From Cupriavidus necator (lineage in GTDB: Bacteria > Pseudomonadota > Gammaproteobacteria > Burkholderiales > Burkholderiaceae), in NCBI RefSeq assembly GCF_016127575.1, contig NZ_CP066019.1, positions 1,980,001 to 2,012,000 on the forward strand: a stretch of 32,000 bases of DNA. The letters are read 5' to 3'. The notes under the pieces were generated by a model, which searched no databases, was not told where the DNA came from, and worked only from the letters and a program-made list of their open reading frames with translations. A program made the position numbers and the translations under genes. Below, in pieces: positions 7,945-16,599 of the stretch. The stretch's first letter is position 1, and every line of letters starts with the position of its first letter.

Positions 7945-8763
7945 TCAGCCACCGCCGGACTGGCGCCCCCTGGCACGCCGGCCGTCGGTGCATGCGTCGG
8001 CCCGCGGCGGTATCACGGTGCGCGTCCAGGCGCTGGTGATGCGTCGCGCCTCTTGCTTGAGCTTGCGTGCCAGCGCGGCCTCGCGCGAGCGGATACGCGC
8101 GCTCGTCGCCGCCACGCTCAAGGCACCGATCGGCCGGCCCTCATAGTCGAGAATCGGCACCGCAATGCCGCCCATGCCGTCGACCACCCAATCGAGAAAC
8201 AGCACATGCCCGCGCGCCCGGGCTGCCTCGATTTCCGCGGCGATGCACGCGGCATCGAGCCGCGGGTGCTTGCCAAGCTTGCGCGTGGTCTGCTGCAGCC
8301 GGCGCGCGCGCTCGGGCGCGGGCAGCCATGCCAGCACCGCCAGGCTGCCGGCGCCCACGCCGAGCGGCCGGCGCGTGCCGACCGTCACGTAGTTCGCCCG
8401 TATCGCATACGTGCCGGGTTCCAGGTCGGTGCACACCGCCTCGCCACGGCTGGCCTCGGTCAGCACGGCGGTATCCTCGAACGCCTCCACCAGCCGTTCC
8501 AGCGCCGGACGCGCCAGCTTGCGCAAGTCCACGCGCCGCTGCGCCACGTCTGCCAGCTGGAAGATCTCGGGCCCGATGCCGTAGCGGCGCGCCTGGTCGC
8601 GCGTGGCGAACCCCTCCTGCACCAGCAGGTCGAGCATGCGCGAAGCCGTGGCCGGATCGAGCCCGGTGGCGCGCGCCACGTCGCTCATGCGGCGCACTTC
8701 CGGATCGGACAGCGCGCGCAGCACGGCCAGGGCGCGCTGGATCGGGGATGGGCGCGATGGCAC
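7945..8763 (-). CDS. IclR-family transcriptional regulator
   Basis: wHTH 'IQRALAVLRALSDPEVRRMSDVARATGLDPATASRMLDLLVQEGF' plus an IclR effector domain. I prefer GTG 8763 (SD GAGGGGG upstream). TTG 8808 or GTG 8862 (the longest ORF, which would overlap the acyl-CoA dehydrogenase 3' end by 58 nt and has poor GC3 there) are alternatives. Confidence 0.85.
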   Translation of the reverse strand: MPSRPSPIQRALAVLRALSDPEVRRMSDVARATGLDPATASRMLDLLVQEGFATRDQARRYGIGPEIFQLADVAQRRVDLRKLARPALERLVEAFEDTAVLTEASRGEAVCTDLEPGTYAIRANYVTVGTRRPLGVGAGSLAVLAWLPAPERARRLQQTTRKLGKHPRLDAACIAAEIEAARARGHVLFLDWVVDGMGGIAVPILDYEGRPIGALSVAATSARIRSREAALARKLKQEARRITSAWTRTVIPPRADACTDGRRARGRQSGGG

Positions 8764-8804
8764 CTGCCGGGCCCCCTCAGGCAGGCCCGGCGCCAGGGCG
8801 GCGC

Positions 8805-9998
8805 TCAACCATGATGCGATGCTGCCAGGGTATCGCGCTTGATCTTCTTTGCCAGCGACCACTTGTGGACTTCGGTCGGGCCGTCGTAGATGCGAAACGC
8901 ACGCACTTCACGGAAGACCTGTTCGACAATGGTGTCGCGCGACACGCCCATGCCGCCGAGGATCTGCACGCAGCGGTCGGCCACGCGGAACAAGGCATCG
9001 GACACGGCCACCTTGGCCATCGAACTCTCGGCCGTACCCAGGGAACCGCCGTCGAGCACCCCGGCGCACCAGTCGATCATCAGTGCGGCCTGCTGCAGGT
9101 CGATCAGGTTCTCGGCGAGCATGAAGCCCACGCCCTCGTGGTCGATCAGCAGCTTGCCGAAAGCCTTGCGCGTGGTGGCGTAGGCGCGCGCGATCTCGTC
9201 GGCACGCGCCACACCCCCGAACCAGCGCATGCAATGCGACAGCCGCGCCGGCGACAAGCGAACCTGCGCATAACGGAAGCCCTCGTCCACCTCGCCCAGC
9301 ACCTGGTCCTGCGGCACGCGCAGGCCGTCGATCAGGACCTGCGCATGTCCGCCCGGCATGGAACTGTCGATGGTGTCAAGCAGGCGTTCGATGCGGATCG
9401 CCGGATGGGGCAGGTCGACCAGGAACATGGTGGCCTGCGCGCGCTCACCATCGCCGGTGCGCGCCATCAGGATGCCGGCGCTGGCCCCTTCGGCTCCGGT
9501 GATGAACTTCTTGCGGCCGCGGATCACCCATTCGTCGCCGTCCCTGACCGCGGTGGTCTGGAGCATCGACGGATCGGAACCGGCCCCGCCTTCTTCCGCA
9601 GGTTCGGTCATGAAGAATGCGGAGCGGGCCTCGCCGCTGACCAGCGGTGCAAGGAAGCGCTGCTGCTGTGCCTCCGTGGCGACCTTGCCCAGCAGGAACA
9701 TATTCCCCTCGTCCGGGGCCATGGTGTTGACCGCGACCGGCCCGAGGGGCGACAAGCCCGAGCGCTTGAGCACGGCCGCGGTTTCGAGCTGGGTCAGGTG
9801 AGAGCCGTCGGGCAGGATATGTGGCGTCATGACGCCGGCCGCGCGCGCCAGGTCGCGAAGCTCGGCGACCAGCCCGGCCGTCGGGCCATGGGCTTCGCAG
9901 CGCACGTCGCGCTCATAGGGCACCACGACGTCGCGGACAAAGCGCTCGACGCGATCGGCAATGACACGGCTTCTTTCTGTGGGACAGGCGGTGAACAT
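8805..9998 (-). CDS. Acyl-CoA dehydrogenase family protein
   Basis: ATG 9998 (MFTACPTERSRVIADRVERF...) with SD GAGG upstream. ACAD-type middle and C-terminal domains (FFMTEPAEEGGAGSDPS; RIYDGPTEVHKWSLAKKI). Confidence 0.9.
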   Translation of the reverse strand: MFTACPTERSRVIADRVERFVRDVVVPYERDVRCEAHGPTAGLVAELRDLARAAGVMTPHILPDGSHLTQLETAAVLKRSGLSPLGPVAVNTMAPDEGNMFLLGKVATEAQQQRFLAPLVSGEARSAFFMTEPAEEGGAGSDPSMLQTTAVRDGDEWVIRGRKKFITGAEGASAGILMARTGDGERAQATMFLVDLPHPAIRIERLLDTIDSSMPGGHAQVLIDGLRVPQDQVLGEVDEGFRYAQVRLSPARLSHCMRWFGGVARADEIARAYATTRKAFGKLLIDHEGVGFMLAENLIDLQQAALMIDWCAGVLDGGSLGTAESSMAKVAVSDALFRVADRCVQILGGMGVSRDTIVEQVFREVRAFRIYDGPTEVHKWSLAKKIKRDTLAASHHG

Positions 9999-10126
9999 GG
10001 TGAGCCTCGTTGTCAGGACAGGATCAGATTGTAGGGCGGCACGCCGCCGGGCCGCTGTCACGGAAGGCCGTTCGCACAAGGAACCCCCGACATCTGGTCT
10101 GCAGCCCTTTGCCTGTCGAGCGACAA

Positions 10127-10147
10127 AGTAATCGCATTGCGATTACT
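10127..10147. promoter_or_regulatory. Perfect 21-bp palindrome AGTAATCGCA-T-TGCGATTACT, a candidate operator in the divergent promoter region
   Basis: Read directly: 10-bp arms around a central T at 10137. It lies in the AT-rich 227-bp gap between the divergent starts at 9998 (-) and 10226 (+). It is flanked by the direct repeat ACTAGTATG (10145-10153 and 10188-10196). Confidence 0.5.
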
Positions 10148-10225
10148 AGTATGTGGATTTCACCTATACATATGCTCATGACAATCGACTAGTATGGCTT
10201 CAATCGAGCACGAGGGCACAAGGCG

Positions 10226-11659
10226 ATGTCACTTGTATTGAAGCTGAAAGACCTGTTGGGACCCGATGCGGTTCTCACCGAACCCGCGGACGTAGCCGCC
10301 TACATCGAGGACTGGCGCGGCCGTTATAAGGGCCCGGCGCTGTGCGTGGTGCTGCCGGCCTCCACCGCGCAAGTCGCCGCGGTGGTGCAGGCCGCGGTCC
10401 AGGCCAGCGTGCCCGTGCTGCCGCAAGGCGGCAATACCAGCCTGTGCGGCGGCGCGGTGCCGGCCCCGGACGGCACGCCGCCCATCGTCATCAGCCTGGC
10501 ACGCATGCGGCGCATCCGCGCCATCGATGCGGCCAACAACTCGATGGAAGTCGAGGCAGGCTGCGTGCTGGCCGCGATCCAGCAGGCGGCGGCGGAACAG
10601 GGGCGCCTCTATCCCGTGAGCCTGGGCGCCGAAGGCTCCTGCCAGATCGGCGGCAATATCGCCACCAATGCGGGCGGCACCGGCGTGCTGCGCTATGGCA
10701 ACACCCGCGACAACGTGCTCGGCCTTGAAGTGGTCCTGCCCGACGGCCAGGTCTGGAACGGCCTGTACCGCTTGCGCAAGAACAACACCGGCCTCGATCT
10801 CAAGCACCTGTTTATCGGCTCCGAAGGCACGCTGGGCGTGATCACCGCCGCCACGCTCAAGCTGCACCCGCTGCCCACCGCGCACGCCATGGCGTGGCTG
10901 GCGGTGAGCACGCCGCAGGCGGCGCTGGAGATGCTGGGACGCTTCCAGCAGCGCTGTGGCGCCACCCTGTCCGCGTTTGAAATGCTCAATGACGTGCAGT
11001 TGCAGATCGTGCTCGATCACGTGCCCGGCCGCCGTGCGCCGTTGCCTGCCAGCCATCCCTGGCACGTGCTGGTGGAACTTGCCGACACCGGCCGGCGCGA
11101 GCTGCTCGACCAGGTGCTGCAGGAAGTGCTGGAGCAAGGCGTGGCCGAAGGCCTGGTCGACGATGCCGTGGTGGCCGCCAGCGGCGCGCAGCGCGAAGCC
11201 ATGTGGCAGGTGCGGCATAGCGTCTCCGAAGGCAACAAGAAGGCGGGCCTGGGCCTGAACACCGATTGCGCCGTGCCGGTCTCGGCGGTGCCGCAGTTCA
11301 TTGAGCGCGCCACCGCGGCGGCGCATGCGGTCCTGCCGGACTTGCCGATCATCGTCGTGGCCCACCTGGGCGATGGCAACGTCCACTTCATCCCGCTGGT
11401 GCCTTTCCCGCAGTGGCAAGCGCTGCCAGAGCGCGATGCCGTGGCCGCCCGCATCAAGCACGCCATCGACCAGGTGGCCTACGAACTGGGCGGCACCTTC
11501 AGCGCGGAACATGGCATCGGCCAGGTCCTGACCGAGGAAATGGCGCAGTTCAAGCCGGCGGTCGAGATCGCCATGATGCACGGCATCAAGCGCATGCTCG
11601 ACCCGCGCGACCTGTTCAACCCCGGCCGGCTGCTGCCGTCCCCACCTTCCCAGCAATAA
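10226..11659 (+). CDS. FAD-binding (PCMH/GlcD-type) oxidase/dehydrogenase, D-2-hydroxyacid dehydrogenase-like
   Basis: 477 aa. FAD-binding segment 'VLPQGGNTSLCGGAVP' and C-terminal 'GGTFSAEHGIGQ...KRMLDPRDLFNPGRLL', typical of GlcD, D-lactate or D-2-hydroxyglutarate dehydrogenases. Confidence 0.9.
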   Translation: MSLVLKLKDLLGPDAVLTEPADVAAYIEDWRGRYKGPALCVVLPASTAQVAAVVQAAVQASVPVLPQGGNTSLCGGAVPAPDGTPPIVISLARMRRIRAIDAANNSMEVEAGCVLAAIQQAAAEQGRLYPVSLGAEGSCQIGGNIATNAGGTGVLRYGNTRDNVLGLEVVLPDGQVWNGLYRLRKNNTGLDLKHLFIGSEGTLGVITAATLKLHPLPTAHAMAWLAVSTPQAALEMLGRFQQRCGATLSAFEMLNDVQLQIVLDHVPGRRAPLPASHPWHVLVELADTGRRELLDQVLQEVLEQGVAEGLVDDAVVAASGAQREAMWQVRHSVSEGNKKAGLGLNTDCAVPVSAVPQFIERATAAAHAVLPDLPIIVVAHLGDGNVHFIPLVPFPQWQALPERDAVAARIKHAIDQVAYELGGTFSAEHGIGQVLTEEMAQFKPAVEIAMMHGIKRMLDPRDLFNPGRLLPSPPSQQ

Positions 11660-11678
11660 CGGCAATCAAGGAGCTCGC

Positions 11679-12764
11679 ATGAACGACCACAGCCCCATCA
11701 ACTCTTCTCGCCGGCGTGCCCTCAAGGTCGCCGCTGCCGGCCTTGGCACGCTTGCCGCGCCCGCAGTGCTGCAATATGCGCGCGCGCAGTCCAAGCGCAT
11801 CGTGGTGCGCGACGACGGCGGCATCTACACCAAGGCCTACAGCGCGGTGTACTACAAGCCGTTCACCGAGAAGACCGGCATCGAGGTCGTGGGCGTGCAG
11901 GCCAACGCCGAACCGGTGGCGCAGATCCGCAGCATGGTCGAGACGAGGAACTACACCTGGGACATGGCCAAGATCAGCCAGCCGGCCATCCTGCTGCTGA
12001 CGCAGGGCGGCAAGGTCTACCTGGAGAAGCACGGCCTGGAGGGCGACGCCACCATCAAGACCATTCCGGCGCATTTCATGTCGCCCTACGGCGTGGGCAC
12101 CAACGTCTACAGCACGGTCCTGGCCTATCGCACCGACGCCTTCAAGGGCCGCAAGGCACCGTCGTCGTGGGCCGACTTCTGGAACGTCAAGGACTTCCCC
12201 GGCCGCCGCGCCCTGCGCAAGCACCCGTTCGACACGCTGGAAGAGTCGCTGATGGCCGCCGGCACGGCGACCTCCGCGCTCTATCCGCTCAATATCGACC
12301 AGGCCATCGCCAACCTGGAGAAGATCAAGGCCAACGTTGACGTGTGGTGGAACTCCGGCGCCCAGGTAGAGCAGATGCTCAAGTCCGGCGAGGTCGACAT
12401 GGTGGCCACCTGGGTGTCGCGCGCACAGAGCGCGGCCGCCTCCGGTGCCCAGGTCGGCATCGTCTGGAACCAGAACCTGTGGGGCGTGGACAACTGGTCC
12501 ATCCTGGCCGGCACGCCGAATGCGCAAGCCTGCCGCGAATTCATCAAGTTCGCGTCCGACCCCAAGCGCATGGCCTCGCTGGTGGAGTACTTCCCGGCAG
12601 GCGTGACCCAGCCGGATGCCTTCAAGTACATCAAGCCCGAGGTTGCGAAGAACTGCCCGACCCACCCCGACAACATCAAGTCGGGCGTGCAGATCAACGC
12701 CAAGTACTGGCTCGATAACCAGGCCGCGGTGATGGAGAAGTTCAACGGCTGGATCCTCAAGTGA
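11679..12764 (+). CDS. ABC transporter periplasmic substrate-binding protein (family 1, PotD/PotF-like)
   Basis: 361 aa. N-terminal 'SRRRALKVAAAGLGTLAAPAVL' signal. AAGGAG SD 5 nt upstream. The gene lies immediately upstream of the cognate ATPase and permease. Confidence 0.9.
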   Translation: MNDHSPINSSRRRALKVAAAGLGTLAAPAVLQYARAQSKRIVVRDDGGIYTKAYSAVYYKPFTEKTGIEVVGVQANAEPVAQIRSMVETRNYTWDMAKISQPAILLLTQGGKVYLEKHGLEGDATIKTIPAHFMSPYGVGTNVYSTVLAYRTDAFKGRKAPSSWADFWNVKDFPGRRALRKHPFDTLEESLMAAGTATSALYPLNIDQAIANLEKIKANVDVWWNSGAQVEQMLKSGEVDMVATWVSRAQSAAASGAQVGIVWNQNLWGVDNWSILAGTPNAQACREFIKFASDPKRMASLVEYFPAGVTQPDAFKYIKPEVAKNCPTHPDNIKSGVQINAKYWLDNQAAVMEKFNGWILK

Positions 12765-12802
12765 TCTGAACCTCTTCACCAGACACCACAAGCAACGACA
12801 CG

Positions 12803-13894
12803 ATGCCGAATTCCAAACTCAAGATTTCCGGGCTGACCAAGCGTTATGGCGACTTCGTCGCGCTGGCCCCGACCGACCTTGAAGTGGCCGAGGGGGAATT
12901 CCTTACCCTCCTGGGCCCTTCGGGCTCGGGCAAGACCACGCTGCTCAGCCTGATCGCCGGGCTGGCCGTGCCGGACGGCGGCCAGCTGCTGATCAATGGC
13001 AAGGACGTGACCTTTGGCGCCCCCTACGAGCGCGATATCGGCATGGTGTTCCAGAACTACGCGCTGTTCCCGCACATGACGATCGCGGAGAACATCGCCT
13101 TCCCGCTGAAGATGCGCCGGGTCGACGCGGCCACGGCCAGGCGCCAGGCACTGGAAGCACTGGAAATGGTCCGCCTGCCCCACGTCGCGGCGCGCTTCCC
13201 GAAGGAACTCTCGGGCGGCCAGCAGCAGCGCATCGCGCTGGCCCGCTGCCTGGTCTACAAGCCATCGATCATCCTGATGGATGAACCGCTGGGCGCCCTG
13301 GACAAGAAGCTGCGCGACCACATGCAGCTGGAGATCAAGCGCATCCACCGCGAGCTGGGCACCACCATCGTCTATGTCACCCACGACCAGGAAGAGGCGA
13401 TGACGATGTCTGACCGCATCTGCCTGATGAACGGCGGCAAGATCGAGCAGCTTGGCACGCCGTCGGACCTGTACTTCCGCCCGCGCACGCTGTTCGTGGC
13501 CGACTTCCTGGGCGAATCGAACCTGTTCGAGGGCACCGTCACGGAAGTGCGCGGCGACCACGTGGAGGTGGCGCTGGCACAGGGCGGCGCCGTCGCCCAC
13601 GCGGTCACCAATGCGCCGGTGGCCGCCGGGGGCAAGGTGCGGGTCATGGTGCGGCCGCAGAACATCGCCATGGCCAACGGCGTCACCGCCGCCAATGCGG
13701 TCAGCGGCAAAGTGCTTGACAGCATGATCACCGGCAGCCTGACCAAGCTGTACGTGGAATCCGATGCCGCCGGCCAGGCCCCGGTGGTGCTGTCCTACCC
13801 CACCTCGATGGGCGCTTCCCGGCATGCGGTCGGGCAGCAAGTCACGCTTACCTGGCAGCGCAGCGACGCTGTCGCCGTCCCGGATTCGCTATGA
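12803..13894 (+). CDS. ABC transporter ATP-binding protein (PotA-like, with C-terminal TOBE-like region)
   Basis: Walker A GPSGSGKTT, signature LSGGQQQR, Walker B IILMDEP, H-loop YVTHD. The stop overlaps the next ATG (ATGA, 13891-13894). Confidence 0.95.
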   Translation: MPNSKLKISGLTKRYGDFVALAPTDLEVAEGEFLTLLGPSGSGKTTLLSLIAGLAVPDGGQLLINGKDVTFGAPYERDIGMVFQNYALFPHMTIAENIAFPLKMRRVDAATARRQALEALEMVRLPHVAARFPKELSGGQQQRIALARCLVYKPSIILMDEPLGALDKKLRDHMQLEIKRIHRELGTTIVYVTHDQEEAMTMSDRICLMNGGKIEQLGTPSDLYFRPRTLFVADFLGESNLFEGTVTEVRGDHVEVALAQGGAVAHAVTNAPVAAGGKVRVMVRPQNIAMANGVTAANAVSGKVLDSMITGSLTKLYVESDAAGQAPVVLSYPTSMGASRHAVGQQVTLTWQRSDAVAVPDSL

Positions 13895-15660
13895 CCGCCG
13901 TCGCCCTGCAACGCCGACCCCTACCCTGGCTGCGGCCCGCCTTGCTGGCCGCGCCGCTGGTGCTCCTGTTCGTGGTGCTGCTGGTCTACCCGGTCGGCCA
14001 GCTGCTGCTGCTGAGCGTCTACAGCGACGGTGCCTTCACGCTGGCCAAGTACCGCCAGCTGTTTGCGTCATCGGTCTACGTCGACGTGATGCTGATCACG
14101 CTGAAGATCTCGCTCTGGACCACGCTGCTCTCCGTGGTCGCCGGTTATCCGGTGGCCTACCTGATCTCCTCGCTGTCAAAGGACAGGAAGGCAAAGTGGC
14201 TGTTCTGGGTACTGCTGTCGTTCTGGACCAGCTTCCTGGTGCGCGCCTTTGCCTGGATCGTGATGCTGGGCCGCAACGGCGTGGTCAACCAGTTGCTGAG
14301 CGCCGCCGGCATCCAGGATGCGCCTTCCAACCTGCTGTACAGCCTCGGCGCCGTGCTGGTGGCGATGGTGCACGCGCTGATGCCGCTGGCGGTGCTGACC
14401 ATGCTGTCGGTGATGGAGAACATCGACCGCAACCTCCCGCGCGCGGCGCTTACGCTTGGGGCACGGCCTGGCACGGCGTTCTGGCGCGTCTACTTCCCGC
14501 TCTCGATGCCGGGCGTGGCGGCCGGCGCCATCATGGTGTTCGTCACCGCCGTCGGCTTCTTTATCGTGCCCGCGCTGCTGGGCGGACGCAAAGAGATCAT
14601 GGTCGCCCAGCTGATCATCGACCAGGTGCAGCAGACCATGAACTGGGGTTTCGCCGGCTCGATCTCGGTGTTGCTGCTGCTGGTCGTGCTGGCGGTGTTC
14701 GCCCTGTATGACAAGGTGCTCGGGCTCTCGTCGATGGCAGGCGGAGCGGAGCAACGCACCCGCTCCGCGGCCGCGCACGATGGCGTGCTGCATCGGCTCG
14801 GTGACAGCGTGCTGGGCGCACTGGGAGCGGTCAGCGACAAGCTGCTGGCACTGGTGCCGCGCGGCCGGCGCGAGCCGCAGCCGGGCGACTCGCTGCCGCT
14901 GCGCACGATCGTGCTGATGGTGCTGCTGTTCCTGAGCGTGCCGGCGCTGCTGATGATCCCGCTGTCGTTCGCCGACAAGTCGGGGCTGAACTGGCCGCCG
15001 CGCGGCTTCACGCTGCAGCACTACCAGGACATGCTCGCCTCGCCGCTGTGGATGCAGGCCGGGCTGCGCTCGCTGCTGGTCGGCCTTGGCGCCGCGGTGC
15101 TGGCGCTGCTGGTCGGCACGCCGGTGGCGTTCCTGCTGGCGCGCTCGCAGATGCGGGGCAAGTCGCTGCTGCTGGCGTTCGTGCTGTCGCCGATCATCAT
15201 CCCGCGCATGATCATCGCGGTGGGGATGTTCTACTTCTTCGCCAGGGTCGGGCTGGTCGGCACCTCGCTCGGTCTGATGATCGGCCACACCGTCATTGCC
15301 GTGCCCTACGTCGTCATGACGATGATGGCGGTGCTGCGCAACTACGACACGCGGCTCGACCTGGCGGCGCAAAGCCTGGGCGCCAGGCCCTGGCAGACGC
15401 TGCGCTACGTGACGCTGCCGATCCTCGCCGCCGGCCTGTTCTCGTCCTTCCTGTTCGCCTTCGCCACCTCGTTCGATGAGCTGACGATCGCCCTGTTTGC
15501 CTCTGGCGGACTGAGCGCCACCCTGCCCAAGCAGTTCTGGGACGAGGTGACGCTGCAGCTTTCACCGGTGATTGCCGCGGTGTCTACCTGCCTGTTCGTC
15601 TTCGTTACCCTCCTGATCACCTGCGCCGAGCGCTTGCGCCGCAAGAGCGCCGGGCGCTGA
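13891..15660 (+). CDS. ABC transporter permease, fused PotB-like plus PotC-like double domain
   Basis: 589 aa with two hydrophobic halves. Each half carries an EAA-type loop (MENIDRNLPRAALTLGARPGTAFWRVYFPL and LRNYDTRLDLAAQSLGARPWQTLRYVTLPI). They are joined by a polar linker (...GGAEQRTRSAAAHDG...RGRREPQPGD...). Confidence 0.9.
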   Translation: MTAVALQRRPLPWLRPALLAAPLVLLFVVLLVYPVGQLLLLSVYSDGAFTLAKYRQLFASSVYVDVMLITLKISLWTTLLSVVAGYPVAYLISSLSKDRKAKWLFWVLLSFWTSFLVRAFAWIVMLGRNGVVNQLLSAAGIQDAPSNLLYSLGAVLVAMVHALMPLAVLTMLSVMENIDRNLPRAALTLGARPGTAFWRVYFPLSMPGVAAGAIMVFVTAVGFFIVPALLGGRKEIMVAQLIIDQVQQTMNWGFAGSISVLLLLVVLAVFALYDKVLGLSSMAGGAEQRTRSAAAHDGVLHRLGDSVLGALGAVSDKLLALVPRGRREPQPGDSLPLRTIVLMVLLFLSVPALLMIPLSFADKSGLNWPPRGFTLQHYQDMLASPLWMQAGLRSLLVGLGAAVLALLVGTPVAFLLARSQMRGKSLLLAFVLSPIIIPRMIIAVGMFYFFARVGLVGTSLGLMIGHTVIAVPYVVMTMMAVLRNYDTRLDLAAQSLGARPWQTLRYVTLPILAAGLFSSFLFAFATSFDELTIALFASGGLSATLPKQFWDEVTLQLSPVIAAVSTCLFVFVTLLITCAERLRRKSAGR

Positions 15661-15671
15661 GAACCTTATCC

Positions 15672-16586
15672 ATGAACAACAAGCTTACCGCCGCCGACCT
15701 GCGCGGCATCTTCCCCGCCATCCCGACGCCCGTGACGGCCGACGACAGGATCGACCAGGACGCCACGCGCAAGCTGATGGCCTACCTGCTGGCCAACGGC
15801 GTTGCCGGCGTGGTGCCGCTGGGCGGCACCGGCGAATACGGTGCCCTGTCGCGCGAGGAGCGCGTCCGCATGGCAGCCCTTTGTGTCGAAGCAGCGGCTG
15901 GCCAGGTTCCCGTCATTCCCGGCGTGCTCGACCCGGGGTTCCACGATGCGCTGGATGCGGGCAAGGCCTTTGCCGGCGTCGGCGCCTCTGCCCTGATGGT
16001 GCTGACGCCCTATTACACCTCGCCGACCCAGCAAGGCATCCGCGACTACTTCCTGCGCTATGCCGACGCCTCGCCGGTGCCGGTCATGATCTACGAGATC
16101 CCCTACCGCACGCGGATCGCGATCGCGCCCGAGGTGCTGCACGAGCTGTCGCGCCACGAAAACATCATCGGCATGAAAGCCTGCAACACCGACATGTACC
16201 ACTTCCTCAAGGTGGTGGCGGGTGTCGACGACAGCTTCAGCGTGTTCAGCGGCGAGGACAGCCTGTTCCCGCTGCACATGGCGGCGGGTGCCAGGGGTGG
16301 CGTGGTCGTGACCGCCTCCGTGCTGCCGCGCACCTGGCGCACCATCTATGAGCTCGGCGTGGCCGGCAATACCGCGCAAGCGGTACGCCTGCACCGCCAG
16401 CTGATTCCGTTGCTGGACCTGGCCTTCTCCGAAACCAATCCTGGGCCGCTGAAATCCGTGCTCGACCTGGTGGGCGTGACCGCGCCTAAGGTGCTGGCAC
16501 CGCTGGTAGCGCCGGCACCCGGGCTGCAGGCACAGCTGCGTGCCGAACTGACGCAGCGGCTGCAAGCCGAGGCCGCCCTCGCCTGA
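15672..16586 (+). CDS. Dihydrodipicolinate synthase/N-acetylneuraminate lyase-family (class I pyruvate-dependent) lyase
   Basis: 304 aa. GGTGEYGALSREER (GxTGE motif), TPYYTSP (active-site Tyr region) and IIGMKACN (Schiff-base Lys region). Confidence 0.9.
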   Translation: MNNKLTAADLRGIFPAIPTPVTADDRIDQDATRKLMAYLLANGVAGVVPLGGTGEYGALSREERVRMAALCVEAAAGQVPVIPGVLDPGFHDALDAGKAFAGVGASALMVLTPYYTSPTQQGIRDYFLRYADASPVPVMIYEIPYRTRIAIAPEVLHELSRHENIIGMKACNTDMYHFLKVVAGVDDSFSVFSGEDSLFPLHMAAGARGGVVVTASVLPRTWRTIYELGVAGNTAQAVRLHRQLIPLLDLAFSETNPGPLKSVLDLVGVTAPKVLAPLVAPAPGLQAQLRAELTQRLQAEAALA

Positions 16587-16599
16587 GGCGCCGACGATC

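Noticed and set aside
10229-11665. A 478-aa ORF on the minus strand that almost exactly mirrors the FAD oxidase gene. Similar long mirror ORFs occur at 5936-7753 (-), 8067-10034 (+), 11616-12791 (-), 12776-13840 (-), 14176-15372 (-), 15666-16616 (-), 16486-17985 (-), 19413-20834 (+), 20894-22000 (+), 23575-24762 (+) and 26515-27450 (+).
   Set aside because: Their translations are Arg/Ala/Gly/His/Pro-rich low-complexity strings with no recognisable motifs. The opposite strand in each case encodes a protein with clear family motifs, sensible starts and SD sequences. Stop-free antisense frames are an expected by-product of extreme GC3 bias.
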